Shown one piece after another: positions 42,474-52,515 of a stretch of DNA of 64,000 bases. Position 1 is the first letter of the stretch; every line of letters begins with the position of its first letter. A program made the position numbers and the translations under genes. The notes beneath the pieces were generated by a model, which was given only the letters and a program-made list of their open reading frames with translations, was not told the DNA's origin and did no database searches. Origin of the DNA: Candidatus Bathyarchaeota archaeon. GTDB lineage: Archaea > Thermoproteota > Bathyarchaeia > Bathyarchaeales > Bathycorpusculaceae. The stretch lies in NCBI GenBank assembly GCA_963811105.1, contig CAWEPZ010000002.1:352001-416000 (forward strand), in the 5' to 3' direction.

Positions 42474-42842
42474 CCCTACAATATCCACGTTTCCGCATTA
42501 AATAACAATAATAATACCTTTGCAGCAAAAAAGACCCGCTGTTTTCCAACCGGTTATAACTCTTATTCTTTTGTAAGGGTTTTTTATGCAGCGTTTAGGG
42601 ACTTTAGCATGCAAATCGACTCAAGTTTTAGTTCTACGAGTGCATCTGAAGACTTTTTAACTTGTAGCTGTAGGGTCCCACAGACATGAACATAAAAGGA
42701 TGACCGCGAATATAGCTATCCATAAAGAAATTGAATTGAGACTCCTAAAGCCAACTTTCACTAATAAAAATTAGCGAAGAAAACGATACTTAGTTTCTTG
42801 ATTCCGATAAGTAACTCAACATCGAAAAAGGGGGATTTAAAT

Positions 42843-43163
42843 TTGAGAAGAAACAAACTGGAAACATGTTTAGTCATTCTTGAGACATTGGCTAGTTATG
42901 GTCCTTTAAAGATAACTCACGTAATTCAAAAGGCCAATGTTAACTGCAATGTACTGAAGAACTATTTTGATTTTCTGATTAAACAAGGTGCAGTTGAAGA
43001 GAGGTCTGTTGGGAGGAATAGAATTGTCTACGCGATTACGGAGCGTGGCTTATTCTTGATCAAGTGCTTTAGAGGACTAAACCGCATGATTCCCACGTGG
43101 AGAATTAGAAATGAAATTCCTTCAACCAAAGCAAAGAACGAACTTATCTTACAATTAGCATAA
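42843..43163 (+). CDS. Winged-HTH regulator (HTH_45/ArnR1-like)
   Basis: RRNKLE...IL..L...GPLKITHVIQKANVN...YAITERG. Confidence 0.85.
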   Translation: MRRNKLETCLVILETLASYGPLKITHVIQKANVNCNVLKNYFDFLIKQGAVEERSVGRNRIVYAITERGLFLIKCFRGLNRMIPTWRIRNEIPSTKAKNELILQLA

Positions 43164-43249
43164 AGAATACTAGACCTTAATCGTTAATACTTTCGGTAAT
43201 CTCTCTATTGCTGATTCTTGTATCTTTTCCCAGTTTTTAAGATAGTTAA

Positions 43250-43745
43250 TTTACTCAGAATCCGAAAGTTTACCAGTCCACACACGATATCTGTCATAGT
43301 GTCATAATGTATAAGGCGGTTCCTAAACTCATCAGCCCACACGTGAAACTTCTTAACCCTAGAATTCATATGTTCCACAACCACTCATCTATGTTTTGAA
43401 TATCTTAGCCTGTTGGTTTGGCCAAAGTTAATTAGGTAGCCAAGCAGCGTCGAGGATGGATAGAGATGTCAGTATATTAAGAGCTTGAGCTTTAGCAATC
43501 GGTCTGTTAGAGAGAGCTTGAAAGGTTGTCCTGCGCCGATATCTCTTTTTTCTGTCTTTTCATCCAAGCCGGTTCTGCTCGTAGGCATTGTATTTCTCTT
43601 CTATTTTCGTGGTTAAAGTGTCAAATTCAGGTATTTCAAAACCTGTAAAATTCTTGAAAATTGCAGGTTTTTTGGATAACACGCCGAATTTAGCATGTAA
43701 GCAGCCCAAATGGCTAATTATTGTGCCATATTCTAATAAATTCTT
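43250..43745 (-). mobile_element. Internally deleted IS5-like (ISL2 group) transposase remnant
   Basis: FKNFTGFEIPEFD..IGAGQPFKLSLTDRLL N-terminus joined to VVVEHMNSRVKKF..FRNRL..IVCGLVNFR C-terminus, with stop codons. Confidence 0.75.
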
Positions 43746-44052
43746 CGTTTTAAAGTTCAAAAACCTAATTACAGCTAAGGTCTATTATTAATTCTCGCCA
43801 GATCAGCGATAAATTTTTGGAGAAACAAACTTGTTTCTTAAAACCCAAATGAAGTATATACCTTCTTCGACGATTTGTTGTTAGCGAACTTTATAAGAAG
43901 TTGGATTTGTTAGCATAGAAGACTTAACCTTTTTTTTTATTTAAATTCTGTTTTGAAGGTTACTCTGAAAGAATCTGACCTATCTAAACAGAGGGGCGGA
44001 TACTTAAAAGCTGCTTCTACTGAAAAACCTGAAGAAACATAGAAAAATGAAA

Positions 44053-45028
44053 CTAAAAACAAACTTTTTGCTCGGATATTTCAAGGTTTAACTGATTCTT
44101 TAGTGCTTTGTATCTGTTTCTTACTGTGACTTCTGTGACTCCGGCTGCGTCTGCGAGGTCTCTTTGTGTTATTTTTTCGTTGTTCTGTAGACAAGCTATG
44201 TAGAGTGCGGCTGCTGCCATGCCCATTGGGTCTTTTCCTGCTCCAACTCGTCTTCGTTTAGCCTCTCTTAGTATTGCGATTGCAGCGCCCTGTGTTTTGC
44301 CCGAAGTCTCTGTTTTTTCTGCAATTTTTGAAACATACGTTAGCGGGTCAGAGATTGGCATTTGAAAATTGAGTTCTTGCAGCAGCATTCTGATAGCATC
44401 TTGCAACGTCTTTTTTATCTACTAGGCTTGCGTTGGCGATTTCGCGAAGGCTTCTGGGTGATCCGCTTTTGCGGCAAGCAGCGTATAGTGCTGCGGCGGC
44501 GATGGAGTTGATTGATCTTCCGCGGACTAGGGCTTTGTCTAATGCTTTGCGGTATATTACTGCGGCTTTTTCTTTTATTGGTGGGGAAATGTTTACTTTG
44601 CTTGATAAGCGTTCAAGTTCTGCCATGGCTTGTGCGAGGTTTCGGTCGCTGGATGAGTGTACGCGGCTTCGTATTTGCCATTTTCTTAGGCGCCACATTT
44701 GTAGTCTTGTGGATAGGGGTAGTTTTCTTCCGAAGGCGTCTCTGTCGACTTGGCTGATGGTTGTGGATAATCCTTTGTCGTGAATTGAGTAGGATGTTGG
44801 CATGCCGACGCGGCTTTTTGATGTGTGCTCTTCTTGGGTGAAAGCGCGCCATTCCGGGCCTTTGTCTAACATTTGCTCGTACAAGACAAGGCCGCAGTCG
44901 CCGCAGATGGATTCGCCTGTGTCGTAGTCGTGAACGAGATTATTGCTTGAACATTCAGGACACTTGTCAACTAAGCGATTATGAGTTTTTGCTGATTCTT
45001 TGGTTATACCTATTTGGGTTATGCTCAT
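44053..45028 (-). CDS. tfb: Transcription initiation factor IIB, one frameshift at about 44393
   Basis: CPEC..CGDCG Zn ribbon, GPEWRAF, LVRGRS, GKDPMGMAAAALY, GVTEVTVRNRYK; the halves join at DVARCY/RMLL. Confidence 0.93.
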
Positions 45029-45042
45029 TTTTCCAACTCAAT

Positions 45043-45207
45043 TTACTTGCCTATAATCGTCGCTATTAACTTTGGAATCTCCCGCAATGAAGGGTCGTCC
45101 TCAACGTGTAAAACCCGCAGTGCTAGTTCTCTAGCCAATTCTACGGCGCAGGAAAACCCGTGGCTGATAATATCCATCGATGAATCCATTTTCTTTCTTG
45201 TTTTCAA
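45043..45207 (-). CDS. 54-aa peptide containing the beta1-alpha1 start of a receiver domain (not in ORF track)
   Basis: Hand translation ...LRVLHVEDDPSLREIPKLIATIIGK; fills the gap between the HTH gene and tfb. Confidence 0.5.
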   Translation of the reverse strand: MKTRKKMDSSMDIISHGFSCAVELARELALRVLHVEDDPSLREIPKLIATIIGK

Positions 45208-45228
45208 GAAGGTCCATCTTCGCGCGCT

Positions 45229-45534
45229 TTAGAACAGATAGGGTTTTCGGTATCTTGCTTCGTTTCCTGTTTCTTCGACTATGGGAAGTACTTCTCTGAG
45301 TTCTCTGAATTGCTTGAGAACTGTAATGCCGCGTTGGGTGATCGCGTATATTTTTCTTTCTCTATTAATGATTTTCATCTCAACTAATCCCTGCTTAATC
45401 AATAGGCCAAGGTACTCCTCCAGCACGCTGCAGTTAAGGTTAGCTTTGTACATGACGTGTGTTAGCTTCAAGGGACCCCAGTGAACCAGGACCTTCAGAA
45501 TATCTATATACGTTTCCAGTTTAGATCTTCTCAT
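45229..45534 (-). CDS. Winged-HTH regulator (HTH_45/ArnR1-like)
   Basis: MRRSKLETYIDILKVL..GPLKLTHVMYKANLN...YAITQRG. Confidence 0.88.
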   Translation of the reverse strand: MRRSKLETYIDILKVLVHWGPLKLTHVMYKANLNCSVLEEYLGLLIKQGLVEMKIINRERKIYAITQRGITVLKQFRELREVLPIVEETGNEARYRKPYLF

Positions 45535-45837
45535 ACATTGTCTTTTTTTTTGAAGCGCACTTCTATTAACAACGCCCTAATATTTCTGGCGTTAGTACGG
45601 TTCTTCTCCATGCATCATATTAGTGATGTGGGCTTATAGGCATGATGAATTAACTCATGGAATATTATAGAATAATATGCATTATTTGATAATAATATTT
45701 AATAATAAATATTTCAAATGCAAAGCTTGGCTGTTGTAAAACGACTTTCTTGTCCCTCGTTAACAATATGACTATACTTAGTTTTGCACTATTAAGTGAT
45801 TGGTTTTGGGGCACCAGGTTTATTGATAGCTAAGAAC

Positions 45838-45868
45838 ATGAATTTCAAATTCATAGTAAAATTCATAG
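45838..45868. promoter_or_regulatory. Palindrome plus an extra half-site upstream of the histidine kinase
   Basis: ATGAATTT-c-AAATTCAT (45838-45854) followed by AAATTCATAG (45859-45868). Confidence 0.45.
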
Positions 45869-45902
45869 CATTAATAAGTAAATTAAGCTAATCTTTAAGG
45901 AG

Positions 45903-47531
45903 TTGAGTTTGGCAAAGTTGAAACATATTGATCTCGCGCCTAGTAAGGAATGTAAATCTGTCGTGGAAAAGACTTTCAAAAAAGAAAGTATTGACATAGA
46001 CTCTGAGTGGTTAGGAGGGAAATGGGCAGAAGGGTTTGGCAAATCCCATTCACAATTTCACACATTGTTTTCTAAAATGCTGAACGCCATAGCATACTAC
46101 AAGATTATAACGGATGAGAACGGAAAACCGGCCTATTACATTTGTCTTGAAGCAAATGATGCCTTTGAAAGAATAACTGGACTCAAAAGAGAAACATACT
46201 TAGGCAAAAGGGCAACTGACTTGTGGCTGACAAATGGAAGTAATCTTCATAAAGTGATCGACACTTACGGACGTGTAGCTCTTGCCGTAGAGTCGCTTCA
46301 ATTTGAATACCAGATGGATCCGTTGAAAAAATGGTACAACATTTCTGCCTTCAGCGTTGAAAAAGGCTATTTTGTAACAATATTCGAAGACATCACAGAA
46401 CGCAAACTAATGGAAGAGAAACTCCGGCAGGGAGTAAAATACAATCGGGGTCTAATTGAGGCCAACCTTGACCCTCTTGTGATCATAGGGCAGGATGGAA
46501 AAATAACTGACGTGAATCGTGCAACAGAAAAAATAACCGGCCGACCGTACGTCGAACTTATTGGTACAGATTTCGCTGACTATTTCACCCAGCCAGAAAA
46601 GGCACGTTTATGCTATGAGATAGCCCTTCAAAAGGGCTCTATTCGTGACTACGAGCTGGAAATAAAAAGTAACGACGAAATCGAGAAACCAGTTTTATAT
46701 AACGCCTCGGTCTATCTCAACGACAACGGTGAAAACATCGGCGTGTTCGCCACTATACACGATATAACAGAACTCAAACATTTACAGGAAGATTTAATCA
46801 AATCAGCAAAATTCAACGTCATAGGTCAGTTGGCTTCTACTGTGGGACATGAACTTAGAAATCCATTAGGTGTAATTAAGAACTCTGTCTACTTTCTCAA
46901 TATGATTCTCAAAGATGATGCAGACAAAAGAATAGTTAAGCACCTGAAAATTTTGGACAAAAAAGTCGTCTCTGCAAACAATATCATAAATGATCTGCTT
47001 GATGTAACAAGAAAAAAAGTACCTACTCTTCAGTTAAACGACTTAAATAAAATGGTGACAAATGTACTCTCCCACCTCATGGTACCCGAGAACATAGTAC
47101 TAGACATTAAGCTAGCTAAAATTCCTAAATCGATCCTTGACGAAGAGCAAATCCAAAGAGTAATCCAAAACCTGATTATGAACTCAATTCAAGCCATGAC
47201 TGAAGGCGGAAAACTTACAATTCAAACAATAAAACAAGAAGAAACCTTGAAACTAATTGTAAAAGACACGGGAGTAGGTATCCCAAAGAAGAATATAGCC
47301 AATCTCTTTACACCTCTTTTCACAACTAAGGCTAAGGGAATCGGCTTAGGCTTAGTCATTTGCAAGCAGTTAGTAGAAGGTCACAATGGAACCATTACTG
47401 TTAAAAGTGAAGTTGGTGAAGGATCAGAATTCATTGTTGAATTACCTATTAAAGCGAAGAAGAAAATCACTGAACAATCAGTTCTCAATGCTTCTACGGT
47501 TTTCAAAGACGGTGTCTTGATTGAAGAATAA
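45903..47531 (+). CDS. Cytoplasmic PAS-PAS sensor histidine kinase
   Basis: Two PAS/PAC units ending DITE; H-box GHELRNPLG; N, G1 (DTGVGI), F and G2 (GIGLGL) boxes; no TM segment. Confidence 0.93.
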   Translation: MSLAKLKHIDLAPSKECKSVVEKTFKKESIDIDSEWLGGKWAEGFGKSHSQFHTLFSKMLNAIAYYKIITDENGKPAYYICLEANDAFERITGLKRETYLGKRATDLWLTNGSNLHKVIDTYGRVALAVESLQFEYQMDPLKKWYNISAFSVEKGYFVTIFEDITERKLMEEKLRQGVKYNRGLIEANLDPLVIIGQDGKITDVNRATEKITGRPYVELIGTDFADYFTQPEKARLCYEIALQKGSIRDYELEIKSNDEIEKPVLYNASVYLNDNGENIGVFATIHDITELKHLQEDLIKSAKFNVIGQLASTVGHELRNPLGVIKNSVYFLNMILKDDADKRIVKHLKILDKKVVSANNIINDLLDVTRKKVPTLQLNDLNKMVTNVLSHLMVPENIVLDIKLAKIPKSILDEEQIQRVIQNLIMNSIQAMTEGGKLTIQTIKQEETLKLIVKDTGVGIPKKNIANLFTPLFTTKAKGIGLGLVICKQLVEGHNGTITVKSEVGEGSEFIVELPIKAKKKITEQSVLNASTVFKDGVLIEE

Positions 47532-48288
47532 AATTAATGTCTTGGTAGTTGACGACGACGTAGACATGACAGAAACCTTGTCAGACATTCTATCAACCAT
47601 AGGGATTCAAGTTGAAGTCGCCCACGACGGACTCCAAGCCCTCGAAAAAATCAAGATTAAAATGTTTGATATTGTTCTGATGGACATAAAAATGCCAAAA
47701 ATGAATGGAGTTGACTGCTTCAAAGAAATCAAAAAAATTCGACCCCAAACTATAGTGATGATGATGACTGCCTACGCCGCAGAAGATCTTATAGCAGAAG
47801 CCCTAAGGGAAGGAGTCTATGGAATTTGGTGTAAACCTGTAGAAATCCAAAGAGTTGTCGAACTCGTTGAAAATACCCCAAAAAAAAGCGCTTTACTTTT
47901 GATCATTGATGACGACCTTTCTACATGTGAAACCTTGGTTGACATTCTCCAAAATAAGGGCTACAGAGTGATCCAGGTAAGTAGCGGCGAAGAAGCAAAG
48001 AGAAAAATCAAAGAAAGAGACTTTGATTTAGTGTTCGTTGATGTTAAAATGCCAGTAATGAACGGTCTCGAAACTTATCTTGAATTGCGGAAAATCAGAC
48101 CGCATATTAAAACAATTATGATTACAGCTTACCGTCAAGAGGTACAGAGCCTAGTAGAAGAAGCCATTAGAAACAACCTCTACACATGCTTGTACAAGCC
48201 CTTGGACTTGGACAAACTGTTGAAGATTGTAGAAGAGATATTGGCTGTTAAGAAAAAAGTTGGAATTCAACGGATTGAGGCGAATTGA
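47521..48288 (+). CDS. Response regulator with two tandem receiver domains
   Basis: VVDDD..MDIKMP..TAY..KP repeated as IIDDD..VDVKMP..TAY..KP. Confidence 0.93.
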   Translation: MKNKINVLVVDDDVDMTETLSDILSTIGIQVEVAHDGLQALEKIKIKMFDIVLMDIKMPKMNGVDCFKEIKKIRPQTIVMMMTAYAAEDLIAEALREGVYGIWCKPVEIQRVVELVENTPKKSALLLIIDDDLSTCETLVDILQNKGYRVIQVSSGEEAKRKIKERDFDLVFVDVKMPVMNGLETYLELRKIRPHIKTIMITAYRQEVQSLVEEAIRNNLYTCLYKPLDLDKLLKIVEEILAVKKKVGIQRIEAN

Positions 48289-48290
48289 AA

Positions 48291-48437
48291 ATGCCAATGG
48301 AAGACTTGATAGATCAAATCATATATGAGAATGTTTACTCATGTATTTACATTCCTTTTGATGCCAAAAAAGTTCTACAACTGCTGGAACAGGTAATGTT
48401 GGGAAATACAAAAGAGCCGATTCAGGAGAGGAATTGA
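48291..48437 (+). CDS. 48-aa peptide resembling the alpha4-beta5-alpha5 end of a receiver domain (not in ORF track)
   Basis: Hand translation MPMEDLIDQIIYENVYSCIYIPFDAKKVLQLLEQVM...; 2-4 bp spacing to both neighbours. Confidence 0.6.
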   Translation: MPMEDLIDQIIYENVYSCIYIPFDAKKVLQLLEQVMLGNTKEPIQERN

Positions 48438-48441
48438 TAGC

Positions 48442-48999
48442 ATGCCAGAAAAAGTGAGCATCCTGATGGTTGATGATGAAGAGGAAACGCTTGAAACCTT
48501 AAGTGACATCCTTCAGAAGAAAGGATTCTATGTGGAAACCGCCAAAACTGGGAAAGAAGCTCTCGCAAAAGCGGAAGAACGGTTCTTTAACGTTGTTCTC
48601 TTAGACATAAAACTGCCAGACATAACAGGCATAGAAGTGCTTCAGGCTCTCACTGAAAAGCGCCGTTCCACCATGACCATAATGATGACCGGGCACGCAA
48701 CAGTGCAAAACGCGGTAGATGCCAATAACTTCGGAGCCAACGCCTACCTCATGAAGCCAATAGATCCGGAAACGCTCTTCCAAGCAATAACAGAGTGCCT
48801 TAAGAAACAAGAGATATTCAACCTTCGAATTAGTCAGGGTATGCGAAAAATCCCCGTCAGCATATCTCTCTCAAACCGCATAATACAACAAATAGACCAA
48901 GAAGCTACACGGCAGAGAAGGACAAGAAGCGAATATATAGAGCTTCACTTTGAAACTTTATTTTTTCAAAAAAACTCCACCGAAAAAAAAAGCCGATAA
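48442..48999 (+). CDS. Response regulator: receiver fused to a C-terminal ribbon-helix-helix domain
   Basis: MVDDE, LLDIKLP, MMTG and KP intact; C-terminus KIPVSISLSNRIIQQIDQEA...TRSEYIE fits CopG/RHH. Confidence 0.85.
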   Translation: MPEKVSILMVDDEEETLETLSDILQKKGFYVETAKTGKEALAKAEERFFNVVLLDIKLPDITGIEVLQALTEKRRSTMTIMMTGHATVQNAVDANNFGANAYLMKPIDPETLFQAITECLKKQEIFNLRISQGMRKIPVSISLSNRIIQQIDQEATRQRRTRSEYIELHFETLFFQKNSTEKKSR

Positions 49000-49149
49000 T
49001 ATAACTCTATACTCCATTTTAAGATAAAAAGAAAATACGAATGAATTTATTTCCAACTAACCAAGCACCTCAGTCCGTTGCTAAACTATTTGGATTGACA
49101 TTTTCTTGCTCAAGCAATTTATCTTTGATTGACTAAGCACTCTATTAAG

Positions 49150-49420
49150 GAAAAGAATAAAGGTTCTCGCCCCATTTTTCGCAGGTTGAACTTCGAGGAA
49201 GCAGAAAACGTCGTATCAGAGATCTACCATCACGAAGGGTGCTAACAGGCCTCCTAGAAACTCGATTGAAATTTTCAAAGCGCTGATAATCAAAAAAGCT
49301 GAGCAAATCCCAAGCAACAAAAACTATATCGACGATTGTAGGATGATCCAGATTTTAGGGAAGCCAGCGATATTGAAGCTGAACAAAAAACCATTATCCT
49401 TCACAGTTGACAGATTATTT
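49150..49420 (+). mobile_element. Degraded transposase N-terminal remnant (DUF772-like, IS5/IS1182-type)
   Basis: Broken frames give NRPPRNSIEIFKALIIK..QIPS..LYRRL.DDPDFR..PSQLT. Confidence 0.55.
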
Positions 49421-49521
49421 CTTTCCATCGTCAAAAAACAATTTAATAAAATTTGAGCTCATTTTCGATTGCTAAAGAAGATGTGAATATTTCGAGGATT
49501 CTTTGAAATGGTTTATTTCAT

Positions 49522-50603
49522 TTAGAGTTTTTCGTAAACCATTATTTCTCGTGTTAATGTTCTGTGAACATAAACCAAGTGAGACTCAACGCGCTTATAT
49601 CCGAGATCTGCCACAAAACCCTCTATTTCCATCGATACTCGTGTCAACTCGGTTTTGTTTCAATCTGTTCACCATTATCGGCAACGCTACACAAATCCGT
49701 TGTCCCACTCCCAACAAACCATAAGTCGAAGCCAAAACATCCTTCACCAACTGCTTAGTCGTAGACTTAAGCGTGCTTGATGAGCGCCCATAAGGTGGAT
49801 CGGTAATCACGCAATCAACTTTGAATAAAGGGAGTCTTCGTGCGTCAGCCAAAATTAGGCCTTCTGACGCTATATTGAAGAAACGCAGGTTTTTTCTCGT
49901 ACCTATAATCATTCGCTTCTGAGCATCAACACCCACAGCCTTGCAGCCAATATAGGTAGCTTCAATAAGCGATGTGCCCGTGCCACAAAAAGGATCCAGC
50001 ACCAACCGTTCTGCTTTGCCATGAGCCAAATTAACCATGCAACGAGCCATCTTTGACGGCATTGCAGATGGGTGAAAGAAGGGTTTTTTGCGTGGCCTAC
50101 GCTCAGAGAAGGTTTTGGAGGTAATATCGGTGAGTTTTAAACCTAGCACCAGTTTTTCATTGGTTATTATTCCTAAAAAGATTTTGTCCGGGTTCTTCAG
50201 ACTCACTTTTGTGCCTTCAGTGCCGTTTAGAATTAGCTTACCCAGTTTCCCTTCAAGCACCATAGTATTCAATGCTTTATCAGCATAGTTTTTTATCCTG
50301 TTAATTCTCACAACGAAGCTTTCGCCAGGCTGCAAGACGGCTTTGAAGTTTGTTTGGGCAGCCACCTTAGCAATTTCAGTTAGGTTTGCGTTTGATACAA
50401 AAAGCTCCAAAGCACAAACTCGCGTATAAGCTGAGCGAATTTGAACCGCTTGCACACTGCACAACTCCGATTCCAATCGTAACACCTGATCGAGCATCCT
50501 GGGTACTTGAATATGAGTAACCTTCAGCTTCCAGAATTGCTTTAACTTCAGCAGCAGGAAGCGACTCATTCTCGCCTGAAAGAAGAAAAAATAGTTTTGC
50601 CAC
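49522..50603 (-). CDS. trm11: tRNA (guanine-10-N2) methyltransferase with THUMP-like domain, two frameshifts (about 50500 and 49640)
   Basis: FFLLSGE start, RPRKKPFFHP, LDPFCGTG, TDPPYGR; C-terminal VHRTLTREI in a third reading-frame segment. Confidence 0.85.
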
Positions 50604-51490
50604 TATTTTTGCGCCCTAAGTTCTTGGCTTAGCAATGGCGCTAAAGAAACCTTGCTTACACCGCCTGGTACACTGTCGGTTCCAACGATTTCTTCCACAC
50701 CTGCGTCAAGAATACGTTTTTGTGCGTCTCCAATAAGTAAGCCGTGTACGCACGCGCAAAAGATGTTTTTGGCACCTTGTTCGCGGAGGATTTTTGCTGC
50801 TCCAACAATAGTGCCACCTGTGCTGATTATGTCGTCAAAAATGATTACGGTTTTGTCTTTAACGTTCAAACCTTGTGCAGTTTGCTTTGTTTGTCCAGTG
50901 TAGCGGTCACGTTGTTTATCAAGGTGCCCTGCCTCGCCGCTTAAAATCTGCTGTGCTTGCTTGGCAATGTACATTGCGCCCTTATCAGGTGACAGCGCGA
51001 ACGCGCCTTTGAAGCCTTTATCAACGAAATATTTTGCAAGGAGCGGAATGGCGCTCACTGTTTTGGCTGGAAACGGAAACTGTCTCAGTGCAAGTTCCGA
51101 GTGAATGTTAACAGTCAATAACTCATCGATTCCTGCTGCCATGAGCATCCGCATGATAGTTTCAACGCTTATGCCCTCGCCTTCTAGAAAAGTCTTGTCT
51201 TGACGTGCATATGCTAAGTAAGGAACAACAGCCGTGACTTTATTGGCTCCAGCTCGTTTTGACGCATCTGCCATAAAAGCTAATTGAAGAAGCCTTCCAT
51301 CCTGAGCTGGGGGGCAGGTAGTCTGCACTATAGCTACGTTTTCGCCTTTGACGTCGCCTTCCAAACGAACATATGATTCGCCATCAGGAAAAATTTTTGA
51401 TGCGACAGAAATATTTTGGTAACCCGTCTGTGCTGAAACCGCTTCAGCGAGCTCCTTAGACGCTGGACCACAGATAAGCTTCAATTTCAT
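50603..51490 (-). CDS. prs: Ribose-phosphate pyrophosphokinase
   Basis: FPDGESYVR, PYLAYARQDK, SPDKGA, DDIISTGGT. Confidence 0.95.
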   Translation of the reverse strand: MKLKLICGPASKELAEAVSAQTGYQNISVASKIFPDGESYVRLEGDVKGENVAIVQTTCPPAQDGRLLQLAFMADASKRAGANKVTAVVPYLAYARQDKTFLEGEGISVETIMRMLMAAGIDELLTVNIHSELALRQFPFPAKTVSAIPLLAKYFVDKGFKGAFALSPDKGAMYIAKQAQQILSGEAGHLDKQRDRYTGQTKQTAQGLNVKDKTVIIFDDIISTGGTIVGAAKILREQGAKNIFCACVHGLLIGDAQKRILDAGVEEIVGTDSVPGGVSKVSLAPLLSQELRAQK

Positions 51491-51729
51491 TGCCTCTTTC
51501 TTTAAGAATGCAAGTTGTAGTTTTAAGGCTTTATCTGCACTTTTTCTTTATCGCAATAAGTTTACTATAGAAAGCTTGTTTGGGAAAGTATCGGTCTGAC
51601 CCAATTTTGTTAGAAAAATTCAACCATGGAAACGAAAACCTATTCACTGATTAGATGAGAAGATACTTTATCTTTTGCAAACAGTTTTAAGCATAATTCA
51701 ATTTTCCATTAGAAACGGATTGAAACTGA

Positions 51730-52515
51730 ATGGATACTTGGCGTTTACTACCATTAGAAATAAACAACGCCTTCATGAACATGGCAATAGATGAAGCAAT
51801 ACTCACCGAGCGAATCGTTGGACAAGTTCCGAATACGCTGCGTTTTTATCGTTGGCAACCCTCCGCAGTAAGCATCGGCAAAAATCAGAACCCGGAAAAA
51901 GAAGTTTACCTTGAAGCTTGCAAACAGTTGGGCGTGGATGTTGTTAGGCGCATCAGCGGAGGCGGCACAGTCTATCATGACTTTGAAGGTGAAATTACCT
52001 ACTGTGTTATCGCCAAAACAACAGATTTGGGAACCGCCGACATCACAACAGTTTACTTCAAAATTTACGAGGCAATAACCGATGCCCTTCGGCTTTTGGG
52101 TATACCCGCAGACTTCAGCGGAGGAGATACCAAAAACTGCCCCAACCTAACGGTTAATGGCAAAAAGATCTCCGGTAGCAGCCAAACCATAAGCCGCGGT
52201 ATCGTTCTGCAGCACGGTACGTTGCTACGAAGTGTTGATTTGCCAAAAATGTTCCAACTGTTAAAACTAAAAGGCGCTAGTTGCACTCAAGCTGCAGACA
52301 TTGCAAGTCGCAAAATTACAAGTATCCAAAACGAACTGCGACACAAAGTGATGCTTGACACAATTGTCAACGCGCTATCACAAGGATTCAAAGCCATTTT
52401 AAAGATTCAGCTTGAACCCGGAGAGCTATCGCAAGCTGAGCTGGATCTTGCCCAGAAACTTTTCACGTACAAATACTCTACAAAAGCATGGAATCTTAAC
52501 GGTGAAACCGCCTAA
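51730..52515 (+). CDS. Lipoate-protein ligase A family (single-domain, LipM-like)
   Basis: NMAIDEAI, VRRISGGGTVYHD, KKISGSSQ, LQHGTL. Confidence 0.9.
   Translation: MDTWRLLPLEINNAFMNMAIDEAILTERIVGQVPNTLRFYRWQPSAVSIGKNQNPEKEVYLEACKQLGVDVVRRISGGGTVYHDFEGEITYCVIAKTTDLGTADITTVYFKIYEAITDALRLLGIPADFSGGDTKNCPNLTVNGKKISGSSQTISRGIVLQHGTLLRSVDLPKMFQLLKLKGASCTQAADIASRKITSIQNELRHKVMLDTIVNALSQGFKAILKIQLEPGELSQAELDLAQKLFTYKYSTKAWNLNGETA

Noticed and set aside
44348-44410. Programmed frameshift or deliberately split TFB
   Set aside because: No slippery sequence at the junction, and similar single-base breaks occur in nearby housekeeping genes such as cysS
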